DNA of 64,000 bases from NCBI GenBank assembly GCA_003331605.1, contig QOPD01000004.1:1749-65748 (forward strand), written 5' to 3'. Numbering within the stretch: position 1 is the stretch's first letter; the number at the start of each line of letters is the position of its first letter. Below, in pieces: positions 49,340 to 59,464 of this stretch. This DNA comes from SAR86 cluster bacterium. Its GTDB lineage: Bacteria; Pseudomonadota; Gammaproteobacteria; Magnimaribacterales; TMED112. Below the pieces are notes generated by a model. The model saw only the letters and a program-made list of their open reading frames with translations, searched no databases and was not told the origin of the DNA. The translations under genes were made by a program, and so were the position numbers.

Positions 49340-50031
49340 TTAGTCAGATAAAAGCATTCACTTTTGCCAAATAACGGGTTAAGCATTTTTTCAATAAAAG
49401 CTGAGATTTGTGCTTGGCCAAACATCTGTTTAACCAATAGCCCATGAAATGATTTTAAAAAATCTGATTCCTCCATGTTATTTTTGGATCTCAGTATCCA
49501 GTAAATTGAATGAAACGAATGCTGCCTATGGTGGTTAAATACTTTAAGCTTGTGCTTTTTAAAAGATTCAATTATCTGATCTTTCTTAAATATTCTGATA
49601 TGTCCTCCAGGTGTTTGCCGATATTTTTTTGAGAATAACCAACATAACTTTTCTGGTGTGTAAGTTGGCACACTTATTAATAAAACTCCTGTCGGCTTAA
49701 GAACACGATAACATTCAGCAAGTACTGCCTCATAGTTTGGTACATGCTCTAGAACTTCTGAACATATAACTAGATCTTGTGAGTTATCCTTGAGAGGTAA
49801 GTTTCTAATATCGTGATTTATGAACTCATATGTGTTGTTATTTTTGCAGCCAATATCATCAAATTCTGAAATCAAGTTAACAATCTCTGTATGTGAATGA
49901 TCAATACCAACTATTTGTGCATTTTTGATTTTGTGAGAAAGTGACTTAAGATGGCGTCCATTCCCACAACCAACGTCAACAGCGCTATTTATCTTCTTTA
50001 AATTTAATTTATTAAATTCAAATGTGTCCAT
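49336..50031 (-). CDS. class I SAM-dependent methyltransferase (Methyltransf_11-like)
   Basis: 231 aa. Motif I VDVGCGNGRH, DLVICSEVLEHVP and LKPTGVLLISVP. Confidence 0.8.
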   Translation of the reverse strand: MDTFEFNKLNLKKINSAVDVGCGNGRHLKSLSHKIKNAQIVGIDHSHTEIVNLISEFDDIGCKNNNTYEFINHDIRNLPLKDNSQDLVICSEVLEHVPNYEAVLAECYRVLKPTGVLLISVPTYTPEKLCWLFSKKYRQTPGGHIRIFKKDQIIESFKKHKLKVFNHHRQHSFHSIYWILRSKNNMEESDFLKSFHGLLVKQMFGQAQISAFIEKMLNPLFGKSECFYLTK

Positions 50032-51253
50032 TGGTAATTTTTTGATAGAGTTCAGTAAGCTTCATAGCATACTCGTCCCAACCAAAAAAATCACCTCTTC
50101 TTTGAATGCTCTTTTGGATGAAATCTTCTCTCAATTGAACATCATTGACCATATTAATGATCTTGGCACACAAGTCTTTGGCATCATCTGGATTAAATGA
50201 CAAGCCAGCTTCACCCATAAGTTCAGGCAGCGATCCTCTTTCAGAAGCAATTACAGGAAGGCCAGATGAAATCATCTCAATAAGAGGAAAACCAAATCCC
50301 TCATACAGCGAAGCTGAAATACCAATATCAGAAGACCTTAATTCTGAAAGCAATTCTTCATTAGATACCTTGCTTCTATAGCGTATTGAAGAATCCAGTC
50401 CTAAACTGCTTATTAAATTTTTATTCTTTTCTCTTATATCTCCAACAACGGTCAAACTTAATTTTGGTTCTTGCTCTTTGGCAAGAGCAAACCCTTTGAT
50501 TAGGTTTGAAAGGTTTTTCATTGGAACATCGGAACTAACAATGCTTATAAGCCTATATTTAAAGTGGTATTCTATGGAGTTCTTGTATTCAAGAGTATTT
50601 ATTCCATTCCATAAAACCTCAATAGCATTGGAATTAAAATCAAAATATTTTTGAATATCTTTTTTTGAATTATGGGATGGCGTGATTACCAATCTTGATT
50701 GCTTTAAAGATTTTTTTTGGAAGTCTAGAAATGAATACCATTGCCTAATTGCAAGACGACTTAAAAAACTTTCTTCAAACCTTAGATCCAGCTCACGATC
50801 AATATGGATTGGGTGATGAAGTGTTGTCACCAACTTCTTATGCATAAATCTTGGATACTTGCTTATCGACTGATTATCATGAAATATATCGAAGGAATCT
50901 TTTAAATCTTTGAATTTTTTATTTTCCAATAATCGTTGACCAAAAAAAATTGGTTCAGTGAATACACCTAACAATGTTTTTAAAAAATCTTCAATTTCTA
51001 AAAAACTTTTATGCTTTAGAGCTTTAAAAATTTCTACTCTATCCTTAAAAAGAAACGTCTCAAAGTAGCCTGGTGTATCAACCTCTTCAACATGAATGTT
51101 CTTGTCTAAGATAGGAAGTGGCTTACCAGAAAATAATGTTATTTCATGACCTTGCGTTGCTAATGCTTCACAAACATGTTTCAGATATATGCCCTGTCCT
51201 CCTGATAATGGACTACTCCTATAGCTTAAAAAAGCTATTTTAAGTCTTCTCAT
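50018..51253 (-). CDS. glycosyltransferase family 4 (GT-B, retaining type)
   Basis: 411 aa. N-terminal [38 protein letters not shown], and a C-terminal EX7E region [30 protein letters not shown]. Confidence 0.85.
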   Translation of the reverse strand: MRRLKIAFLSYRSSPLSGGQGIYLKHVCEALATQGHEITLFSGKPLPILDKNIHVEEVDTPGYFETFLFKDRVEIFKALKHKSFLEIEDFLKTLLGVFTEPIFFGQRLLENKKFKDLKDSFDIFHDNQSISKYPRFMHKKLVTTLHHPIHIDRELDLRFEESFLSRLAIRQWYSFLDFQKKSLKQSRLVITPSHNSKKDIQKYFDFNSNAIEVLWNGINTLEYKNSIEYHFKYRLISIVSSDVPMKNLSNLIKGFALAKEQEPKLSLTVVGDIREKNKNLISSLGLDSSIRYRSKVSNEELLSELRSSDIGISASLYEGFGFPLIEMISSGLPVIASERGSLPELMGEAGLSFNPDDAKDLCAKIINMVNDVQLREDFIQKSIQRRGDFFGWDEYAMKLTELYQKITNGHI

Positions 51254-52161
51254 TAAACTTCAGCTAGCCAGTCTTGATATTTGGATTCTTCGCCTCTTAC
51301 TGTCTTCAAGTAAGTAGATTGGATTAAATTAGTAACTTCTCCTCTTTTTCCTGAACCAATATTGATTCTATCGACCGATCTGATAGGAGTTATTTCTACA
51401 GCAGTTCCACAAAAGAAAAGTTCATCAGCAGTATATAATTCATCCCTAGTAAAACTTCTCTCCAAAACCTCAATTCCATTATCTTTTGCAATCTCAATAA
51501 CTGTTCTCCTAGTTATTCCATTTAAACAGCATGTCAATTCAGGGGTCATCAGCTTTTTATCCTTAACGATAAAGATATTTTGACCGCTACCTTCAGCAAC
51601 AAATCCATTTGTATCAAGCAGTATAGCTTCTTGAAAGCCATTTTTTTTGGCATGATCGTGTGCCATTATGCCATTAACGTAACCACCACAAATTTTAGAT
51701 TTAGTCATCAAGCTATTTGGAAATTGGCGTGTGAACGAAGACACCATGACATCTATGCCAGCTTCTAATGCCTCTGCACCAAAATAACTTGGCCACTCCC
51801 AACATGTTACCATTGCATGTCTATCAATGCCCTCAATATCAAGACCTAAACGCTCACTGCCAATATAGATTAGAGGCCTAATATACGCATCACCTAAGTT
51901 TGATCTTTTAATGACTTCTTTTTGCGCTTCAAATAATTCCTCATAGGAATAGTCAATATCAATGCCAACTATCTTAGCTGACTCAAATAGTCGGTCTGTG
52001 TGCTCTTTAAGTCTAAATATATTAACGTTGCCAGAAACTGATTTATAAGATCTAACGCCCTCAAATACACCTAGACCATAATGAAAAGTGTGAGTTAACG
52101 GGCTTAATGAAACATTCTCTTTTTCTTGAAACTTTCCATCAATCCAATAGGTATATGACAT
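51253..52161 (-). CDS. ilvE: branched-chain amino acid aminotransferase (class IV)
   Basis: 302 aa. HYGLGVFEGVRSY, VAEGSGQNIFIVKD and GITRRTVIEIA. Confidence 0.92.
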   Translation of the reverse strand: MSYTYWIDGKFQEKENVSLSPLTHTFHYGLGVFEGVRSYKSVSGNVNIFRLKEHTDRLFESAKIVGIDIDYSYEELFEAQKEVIKRSNLGDAYIRPLIYIGSERLGLDIEGIDRHAMVTCWEWPSYFGAEALEAGIDVMVSSFTRQFPNSLMTKSKICGGYVNGIMAHDHAKKNGFQEAILLDTNGFVAEGSGQNIFIVKDKKLMTPELTCCLNGITRRTVIEIAKDNGIEVLERSFTRDELYTADELFFCGTAVEITPIRSVDRINIGSGKRGEVTNLIQSTYLKTVRGEESKYQDWLAEV

Positions 52162-52201
52162 TCAAGTATTATAATAAATTGGCATAATTAAGGGAAATAA
52201 G

Positions 52202-53563
52202 ATGAATACAAATATTTTTCGTGCTTACGACATTAGAGGAAATGCTAATAACGATTTAGACCAATCTACAGTAAAAAAAATAGGCTATGTGCTAGGCAAA
52301 AGAATATCTTCTTTAGGTGATAATAAAATTTATGTTGGGCATGATAGCCGAATTTCAAAGGATGAAATTCTCAAAAATCTAACAATTGGTTTAAATGCTG
52401 CTGAGATAGAAGTACTAAACTTAGGTTTAGTTCCTACTCCCATGGTCTACTATGCAACCAAGATTGGAGATTGCTCTCACGGGATCATGATTACTGGCAG
52501 CCATAATCCAAAAGATGATAATGGTCTAAAAATTGTCATAAATGATACTCCTACTTCAGGCTTGGCAATAAAAGAGGAGGTATTGGCACTAGACAGCTTT
52601 GAGTTAAAAACATGCAATAATTCCTCGGAAAGTTTCGAAAAATATTATCTGAATGAGGCAAAACAAAAGGCTAGTCTGAGAAGAGCCTTAAAAATAGTTC
52701 TGGATGCGGGGAATGGAGCAGCAGGACCTCTAGCAAGAAAAGTTTTTGAAAATATAGGAGCAGAGGTAATCTCGATCAACGAAACTCCTGATGGCAACTT
52801 TCCAAATCATCATCCTGATCCCAGTAAAGAAAAAAACCTAGCTCAGGTAAAAGAAAAAATTCTCTTAGAGAATGCAGATCTTGGTTTTGCATTTGATGGA
52901 GATGGGGATCGTGTAGGCCTTATTACTAGTACTGGGAAACAAATATCATCCGACCACATAATTATGATTTTGTGTGAACATTACTTAAAAAAATCAAAAG
53001 GGCCAATTGTCTATGATGTTAAATGTTCAAATGAACTGCCTAAGCTTATCAAGGCTTTAGGAGGTGAGCCAATTATGGAAAAAACTGGTCACTTCAACAT
53101 TAAAAATGCAATTAAAAAAAGTGGTGCTGTGCTCGGTGGAGAGATGTCAGGACACATATTTATAAATTATGAATGGTATGGTTTTGATGATGCTATCTTC
53201 ACTGCAGCTATCTTAAGCAAAATTTTTTCAGAGAGCCGCTTAAGTGTAGATGAGCTATTTGATAAATTTCCTAAAACATTTTCAACTCCTGAATTAAACC
53301 TTGATGTAGATGATTCAAAAAAATTCTTAATGGTTGAACAGTTCATTAAAAAGATGAATTTTAAAAATGCTGAAATTGATCTAATAGATGGAGTAAGAGT
53401 AAATAAAGCCAACTCTTGGGGACTACTAAGGGCTTCAAATACTTCTCCAAAATTAGTATTGAGGTATGAAGGGAATTCTGAAGAAGAATTAATAAATATA
53501 AAAGATGAATTTGAGAGGAATCTTAAACAGGTGTTTCCTAACCTTCCTATAGAATATACCTAG
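52202..53563 (+). CDS. algC: phosphomannomutase/phosphoglucomutase
   Basis: 453 aa. Active-site Ser loop ITGSHNPKDDNGLK, Mg loop FAFDGDGDRVG and GGEMSGH. Confidence 0.9.
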   Translation: MNTNIFRAYDIRGNANNDLDQSTVKKIGYVLGKRISSLGDNKIYVGHDSRISKDEILKNLTIGLNAAEIEVLNLGLVPTPMVYYATKIGDCSHGIMITGSHNPKDDNGLKIVINDTPTSGLAIKEEVLALDSFELKTCNNSSESFEKYYLNEAKQKASLRRALKIVLDAGNGAAGPLARKVFENIGAEVISINETPDGNFPNHHPDPSKEKNLAQVKEKILLENADLGFAFDGDGDRVGLITSTGKQISSDHIIMILCEHYLKKSKGPIVYDVKCSNELPKLIKALGGEPIMEKTGHFNIKNAIKKSGAVLGGEMSGHIFINYEWYGFDDAIFTAAILSKIFSESRLSVDELFDKFPKTFSTPELNLDVDDSKKFLMVEQFIKKMNFKNAEIDLIDGVRVNKANSWGLLRASNTSPKLVLRYEGNSEEELINIKDEFERNLKQVFPNLPIEYT

Positions 53564-55983
53564 TTGAAAATATTCTCATAGTCAGCGTTATCTTCGTCCA
53601 ATAGTGACAAAAGATTTTCCTCGAGGAAATACTCAAAAATACTATTATCAAAAGTATTTGATATCTCTCCTGATTTCTCATCAATCCTAACAACAGATAA
53701 ACCTTCAGGAACTAATAAATCTTTTTCTGTTAAGTTTTCTGTTGATAGTTTTATAAAATCGAGCCAAATAGGCAAAGCATTTGTACTGCCAAACTCATTC
53801 TCACCTAGTGAGGTAAAGTCATCTTTTCCAACCCATACTGAAGTTACAATATTCGAAGCATATCCAGAAAACCATGTACTGGTTGCATCATTGGTTGTTC
53901 CAGTTTTACCTCCAATATTTTGAATAGGCAGCTCTAAATTTCTTCTGTTTGCATTTCTTTTTAATGCTTCCTTAAGAATATCTGCAATTATGTATGCTAC
54001 TCTAGGATCCATGGCTTGGATGTCTACTGAATTTATTAATTTAAGTCTTGGCATGTTTAGTTCATCGAATGGTGTGTCTGACATCCATGGAAAACTTATT
54101 TGAGAAAAATCTTCTAACTCAGTGGCATAGTTATTATTTGGATCATAGATTATTTCACCATCTAAGCTTTCTACACGATCAATTAAGATTGAATTTTTAA
54201 ATTCACCACTATTTATAAGCAACGCATAGTTCTCAACATAACTCAGTGGATTTGATGAGCCTGTGCCCAAACCAACTGAAAGATTATTCGTCATCGAGGA
54301 GCTTGTAAACATGTACTTTTTCAAGCAGTCTAGTGTTGTTTTAAGGCCTATGTATCTGACAAGTTTTATTGTTACCAAATTTAATGACTGTATGAGGGAC
54401 TCTCTAAGCCTTATTTGGCCAAAAAATGTTCCAGAATTATTTCGTGGCCTCCATACCTCCTCAAGCAACTCATCTTGGAATGCTACAGGACCGTCAATAA
54501 ATACAGATGATGGATTTATGCCATTCTCAAAGGCACAGGCATAAATAAATGGTTTAATACTTGAGCCAAGCAAAAGATTTGAGCTACTTGCTCTGTCAAA
54601 TTTTGACTTTTCAAAATCAAAACCGCCAACATAAGCTTTTATATATCCATTATTTGAATCCATAGCTACAAGTGAAGCTTCTGCTTGAGGTATTTGAACT
54701 ATATATTTAGATCCACTCTCCTCTTTGAAATAAACAATACTTCCTAAAGAAAGAAAATCAGAAAATGACTCTGATCTGCTATAGTTTTCGTATTCTTCTC
54801 TCCATTCAAGCTTGAAACTATTTAACTCTTTATCTACTACTGTGGCTTCCCTTTCATCAGCTAAAACTATCAGTCCTGGCTCAGCTGAATCATATGATTT
54901 TAAATCGGTTAGAATTGTTTGAATTTTTTGCAAATTATCTTCTAAAACTTGGGGAAAGTTTAAGTTAGCAGAGACGAGAAATAGGCTATTTTTATCGAAA
55001 TACGACTTAAGAACTTGGAAATTTAAATCTGTAACATCGCCATTGTCGGTCCAGCCATATCTATCTTGATAAATGTATAAGTTTTTTCTTACCGACTCGA
55101 TAGCATTTTTCTGCATTTCTGAATCTAAAGTTGTATAGATATTAAAACCATCCTCGTAAGCTCTGTTCCCAAAAATATTCAATATATCTGTCCTTACCTT
55201 TTCCGCTAAATGACTGGCCTCTACCTCTATCTTAGGTCCAAAACTGTTTGGGGATACCTCTGCATTTTGTGCTTGAAATAATTCGTCTTCATTAATGAAA
55301 CCTTCAAGATACATACGATTTAATATGGTGTTTCGTTTTAATTTTGATGCAGATGGATTTCTAACTGGATTCACTCTTGATGGCTGCTGAAGTATTCCAG
55401 CAAGAAGAGCTGCCTCGGCATTTGAAGCTTCTCGAAAATCTTTTCCAAAATAATATTGGTAGGCAGCAGCAAAACCGTAGTTTCTATTCCCTAAGAAAGC
55501 TTTATTAAAATAAAGCTCAAATATCTCCTCTTTTGAAAGAATGTCTTCTAGCTGAAAGGCTAATATTATCTCTTTAATTTTTCGCTCATAAGTCCTTTCA
55601 AAATTCAACACATAGTTTCTAACTACTTGCATAGTTATTGTTCCGCCACCGCCAAGGGATTGTCCTGTAATCTCTCCGTAAGTTGCTCGCAACAAGCTAG
55701 TTAATTTAACTCCTGAATGCTGATAAAAATCACCATCTTCTGCTGCTATGATGGCATTTTTAAGGGTTTTAGGTATTTCCCCAAACTTGATTATTTCTCT
55801 CTTTTCAGTTCCAAACTGTCCAATTAATTTCTCATCTTTAGTGTAGACTCTCATTGGGTTTGTAAGTTTTATTTCAGTAATGATTTCAACATCAGGCAAG
55901 TCCCTTGAAAAAAAAGTGAATATCAATCCCAAAACTAGTAAGCCTGTTTGCATGAACACAAGAAAAATTCTTAGAAAGCGCAT
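53560..55983 (-). CDS. mrcA: penicillin-binding protein 1A (bifunctional transglycosylase/transpeptidase)
   Basis: 807 aa. GT51 motifs EDGDFYQHSG and RKIKE, transpeptidase SxxK (GSSIKPF), and KTGTT. Confidence 0.93.
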   Translation of the reverse strand: MRFLRIFLVFMQTGLLVLGLIFTFFSRDLPDVEIITEIKLTNPMRVYTKDEKLIGQFGTEKREIIKFGEIPKTLKNAIIAAEDGDFYQHSGVKLTSLLRATYGEITGQSLGGGGTITMQVVRNYVLNFERTYERKIKEIILAFQLEDILSKEEIFELYFNKAFLGNRNYGFAAAYQYYFGKDFREASNAEAALLAGILQQPSRVNPVRNPSASKLKRNTILNRMYLEGFINEDELFQAQNAEVSPNSFGPKIEVEASHLAEKVRTDILNIFGNRAYEDGFNIYTTLDSEMQKNAIESVRKNLYIYQDRYGWTDNGDVTDLNFQVLKSYFDKNSLFLVSANLNFPQVLEDNLQKIQTILTDLKSYDSAEPGLIVLADEREATVVDKELNSFKLEWREEYENYSRSESFSDFLSLGSIVYFKEESGSKYIVQIPQAEASLVAMDSNNGYIKAYVGGFDFEKSKFDRASSSNLLLGSSIKPFIYACAFENGINPSSVFIDGPVAFQDELLEEVWRPRNNSGTFFGQIRLRESLIQSLNLVTIKLVRYIGLKTTLDCLKKYMFTSSSMTNNLSVGLGTGSSNPLSYVENYALLINSGEFKNSILIDRVESLDGEIIYDPNNNYATELEDFSQISFPWMSDTPFDELNMPRLKLINSVDIQAMDPRVAYIIADILKEALKRNANRRNLELPIQNIGGKTGTTNDATSTWFSGYASNIVTSVWVGKDDFTSLGENEFGSTNALPIWLDFIKLSTENLTEKDLLVPEGLSVVRIDEKSGEISNTFDNSIFEYFLEENLLSLLDEDNADYENIFN

Positions 55984-56025
55984 AGATATATATTATTATT
56001 CAGATTCATTATTTTTTTTACTTAT

Positions 56026-56526
56026 ATGAGCATTTTTTTAGTAGGAATGATGGGTTCTGGAAAATCTTCTGTAGGAATTAAGCTATCAGAGATTTTGCAA
56101 AAAGAATTTGTTGATCTAGATAACAAGGTTGAGCGTGATTTTGGTAGGAAGGTTGCTGACATATTCTATGAATTTGGAGAAGAAAAATTTAGACATCTTG
56201 AATCTGTTGCGTTAGAAGAATTATGCAATTGCCCGAATCTCATTGTTGCAACGGGTGGTGGAATACTTCAAAGAGAGCAAAATGTTTCTTTGCTAATACA
56301 TAAAAAGGTTTATTTTCTAGATGGCGATCCAGAGAAACTATACCAGCGCGCTAGTAAAAGAAAATTTAACAGACCAAAAATGAAAGACTTATCATTAAAA
56401 GGATTTATCGAACTTTACAATGAAAGGAGGAACCTATACTCTTCTGTAGCTAACGTCACTATAAATACAGATGAACTTAGGCCTATTGAAATAGCAAAAA
56501 AAATAAAACAACATGAATCAGATTGA
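56026..56526 (+). CDS. aroK: shikimate kinase
   Basis: 166 aa. P-loop LVGMMGSGKSSVG and GGGIL. Confidence 0.9.
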   Translation: MSIFLVGMMGSGKSSVGIKLSEILQKEFVDLDNKVERDFGRKVADIFYEFGEEKFRHLESVALEELCNCPNLIVATGGGILQREQNVSLLIHKKVYFLDGDPEKLYQRASKRKFNRPKMKDLSLKGFIELYNERRNLYSSVANVTINTDELRPIEIAKKIKQHESD

Positions 56527-57586
56527 GATAAAAGGCTCAAATAAAACCACCAATCTAGAGTTTGTTGGCAGCATGGATGATGTTCTTTCATTCATCTCAA
56601 AAAGCAATCAAATAATTTTTGTAGATAAAACATTAAAAACCTCCACAAAAGCTTTATCAGATTTCTTGGATGAAAGGATTGAAGACGTTTTTCTAGTTGA
56701 TCATGCCGAAGAAAATAAAAATCTCTTCAAAGCAGAAGAGGCCTATAAGTTTCTTACAGAAAAAAGTATCAATAGAGATCATGAGATTGTTGCAATCGGA
56801 GGGGGAGCGTTAACTGATTTTGCTGGTTTTATTGCAGCAACTTTTAAAAGAGGGATAAGGCTTACTTTAGTTCCTACATCTCTATTAGCACAAGTTGATG
56901 CATCTATTGGAGGGAAAACAGCCATTAATTTTAGCAATGTAAAAAATCTAGTTGGCAGCTTCTATGTTCCAGATAATGTGGTAATTTGTTCAGGCTTTCT
57001 AAAAACTCTTGATCAACAAGAATATCTAAACGGATTAGCTGAGGTAATTAAGCATGCATTTATAACATCAGATGATGAAGTTAACTTTATCTTCAACAAC
57101 ATCGATAAAATTAACAGACGAGATGAAAAACTGCTCAACGAAATCATTAAGAGATCGATAAAGATAAAGGCAGATATTGTTATGGAAGACTTTGAAGAGA
57201 AGGGTACAAGAAAATTTCTCAATTTTGGTCATACCTTTGGACATGGTATTGAATCATCAAATCTGGATTGCCCTATCTTTCATGGCCATGCAGTGGTGAT
57301 AGGAATGATAATGGCCATAAAATACTCTATGCATAAAAACCTTTTGTCGATGAAAAATGGTTTTCACGCAATGGATCTTATATCTTCTTTTAACTTTGAT
57401 TTTTCAAAAATTAAGTTAGACCCAAACAAAATATTTCAATTCATGAAATCAGACAAAAAAAATCAAAATTCCCAGATTAATTTAGTCTTGCTCAAAAGTT
57501 TTGGGAAGCCAGAACTTTATGAAGAAGGCAACCCATATGAATTACAGGAGTTTATTGGAGACTTTGTTGAAGATTTTAGATCATAG
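56513..57586 (+). CDS. aroB: 3-dehydroquinate synthase
   Basis: 357 aa. IGGGALTDFAGFIAATFKRGI, GGKTAIN and FGHTFGHGIE. Confidence 0.92.
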   Translation: MNQIEIKGSNKTTNLEFVGSMDDVLSFISKSNQIIFVDKTLKTSTKALSDFLDERIEDVFLVDHAEENKNLFKAEEAYKFLTEKSINRDHEIVAIGGGALTDFAGFIAATFKRGIRLTLVPTSLLAQVDASIGGKTAINFSNVKNLVGSFYVPDNVVICSGFLKTLDQQEYLNGLAEVIKHAFITSDDEVNFIFNNIDKINRRDEKLLNEIIKRSIKIKADIVMEDFEEKGTRKFLNFGHTFGHGIESSNLDCPIFHGHAVVIGMIMAIKYSMHKNLLSMKNGFHAMDLISSFNFDFSKIKLDPNKIFQFMKSDKKNQNSQINLVLLKSFGKPELYEEGNPYELQEFIGDFVEDFRS

Positions 57587-58586
57587 AGTTTATCTTGATG
57601 CTTTAAATCAGACTAATAATAAACCTTACGTTCCTGTTTGGTTTCTAAGGCAGGCTGGTAGATACATGCCGGAATATCGTGCAGTTAGAAGTAAATTCTC
57701 AGATTTTTTTGAGATGATAAAGCAGCCAGAGGTGTGCTGCGAACTCACCATGCAGCCTCTAAATAAATTTCCACTTGATGCGGCGATCACCTTTAGTGAC
57801 ATACTTACAGTGCCTGAAGCAATGGGGCTCGAGATAAAATTTATTGAAAAAAGAGGACCAGTTTTTTCAAAATCAATAATCAAAGATGGAACGTTAAATT
57901 TGAGTATCGATGGTGTCAATAAAAAATTAAATTACGTCTATCAAGCTACGGCCCTAATAAAATCTAATATAAATATTCCATTGATTGGTTTTGCTGGGAG
58001 CCCTTGGACAATTTTTACATACATGTTTTATGGAGAATCTCCAAAGGATTTTAGTCACATTGGCAGATATGTGAAAAACAATTCAGATTATGTTCATCAG
58101 ATTCTTGAGCATGTCACAAATGCTTCAGCCCAATACCTACAATCTCAAATTGAACACGGAGCTGACTGCGTGCAGATTTTTGACTCATGGGGGGGCATCT
58201 TGCAGGATAACTATCAAGAATTTTCACTGCAATACATCAACAAAATTAAAGAATCTTTACCAAAAAATATTCCTTGCATCCTATACAGTCGTGGCATGAC
58301 ACTAAAGCCATATCTAAATGAGACAAGCTTGAAATGTTTTAACCTTGATAGTGGAGAAAGGCTTGATGACTATCTTGATCATAAGATTGCGATTCAGGGC
58401 AATATTGATCCTAAGGTATTTCATAAAAGCGAAAATGAAATTAGAACTTTGGCAGATGATATTTATTCAAAATACAAGAGCAACAATAATTATATTTGCA
58501 ATTTAGGCTCAGGAATTACTCCTGATATTGATCCAAATAAGGTCGGATTATTTCTCAATAGTTTAAGGCTTCTTAATTCGGAATAA
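57567..58586 (+). CDS. hemE: uroporphyrinogen decarboxylase
   Basis: PVWFLRQAGRYMPEYR and ITFSDILTVPEAMG. The track ORF starts at 57501, deep inside aroB. I prefer TTG at 57567, 6 nt after GGAG, which gives MKILDHRVYLDAL... and a normal HemE N-terminal length. The start is uncertain. Confidence 0.9.
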   Translation: MKILDHRVYLDALNQTNNKPYVPVWFLRQAGRYMPEYRAVRSKFSDFFEMIKQPEVCCELTMQPLNKFPLDAAITFSDILTVPEAMGLEIKFIEKRGPVFSKSIIKDGTLNLSIDGVNKKLNYVYQATALIKSNINIPLIGFAGSPWTIFTYMFYGESPKDFSHIGRYVKNNSDYVHQILEHVTNASAQYLQSQIEHGADCVQIFDSWGGILQDNYQEFSLQYINKIKESLPKNIPCILYSRGMTLKPYLNETSLKCFNLDSGERLDDYLDHKIAIQGNIDPKVFHKSENEIRTLADDIYSKYKSNNNYICNLGSGITPDIDPNKVGLFLNSLRLLNSE

Positions 58587-59459
58587 GCCCTCTTGGGTCA
58601 CCGAGGCCAATACCTCTCCATCTCTTGAGAAGAAAGTTCCTCTTCCCAAACCCCTTGATCCGCCTGTGTATGGGCTGTCAGTAGAATATAAAATCCAGTC
58701 ATCCCATTGAAAATCTCTTTTATGGAACCACATGGCATGGTCCAAGCTTGCCATCATTGCAATATCATGTGACATATAACTTTTACCATGGGGATAGAGG
58801 CATGGTGCCAGTAAGCCTGCATCAGACACATAAGATAAAAATGCATGATTTATTACTCTATCTTTTGGCATTGCACCGTTTGGTTTTAACCAAATATTTC
58901 TAATGGGAGGCATAGGTTTTGGGTCAAAAATATCATTCCACTCAACCCACTTAATTGAATACTCTCTTTTCTTAAGAAAGAAGGGTCTAAGATCTTCTGG
59001 AATCTTATCGATGGCCTCTTCTCTCATTTGGATTTCATCTTTAAGCTCATCTGGATCAGGAACTTTCGGCATTTCTATGCTATGAGTTAAGCCTTGATCC
59101 TCCTCTTTATGGAATGAAACAGTCATTGTAAAAATAATTTCATTGTTCTGAATGGCTTTCACTGTTCTAGTAAAAAAACTTCTGCCATCTCTTACAGGAT
59201 CTACACTAAATAATACTGGTTGTTTGATAACTCCAGGCCTTAAGAAATACGCATGCAGAGAGTGCAGATGAGTGTCATCAGCAACAGTATGGTTGGCAGC
59301 GATAAATGATTGCGCTATCACTTGGCCACCAAATATTCTTAACAAGCCTGCATTCTTACCTTTGTATCTAAAAAGGTAGGTGTCTATTTGTTCAAGTTTT
59401 AATCGATCAATAACTCTATCGAATGTATTGTCTTGGTCTTCAAGCAGTTTCTTATCCAT
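58563..59459 (-). CDS. tesB: acyl-CoA thioesterase II
   Basis: 298 aa. Double hot-dog fold, IFGGQVIAQS and SLHAYFLRPG. The 3' end overlaps the hemE 3' end by 24 nt. Confidence 0.88.
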   Translation of the reverse strand: MDKKLLEDQDNTFDRVIDRLKLEQIDTYLFRYKGKNAGLLRIFGGQVIAQSFIAANHTVADDTHLHSLHAYFLRPGVIKQPVLFSVDPVRDGRSFFTRTVKAIQNNEIIFTMTVSFHKEEDQGLTHSIEMPKVPDPDELKDEIQMREEAIDKIPEDLRPFFLKKREYSIKWVEWNDIFDPKPMPPIRNIWLKPNGAMPKDRVINHAFLSYVSDAGLLAPCLYPHGKSYMSHDIAMMASLDHAMWFHKRDFQWDDWILYSTDSPYTGGSRGLGRGTFFSRDGEVLASVTQEGLFRIKKP

Positions 59460-59464
59460 AATTT

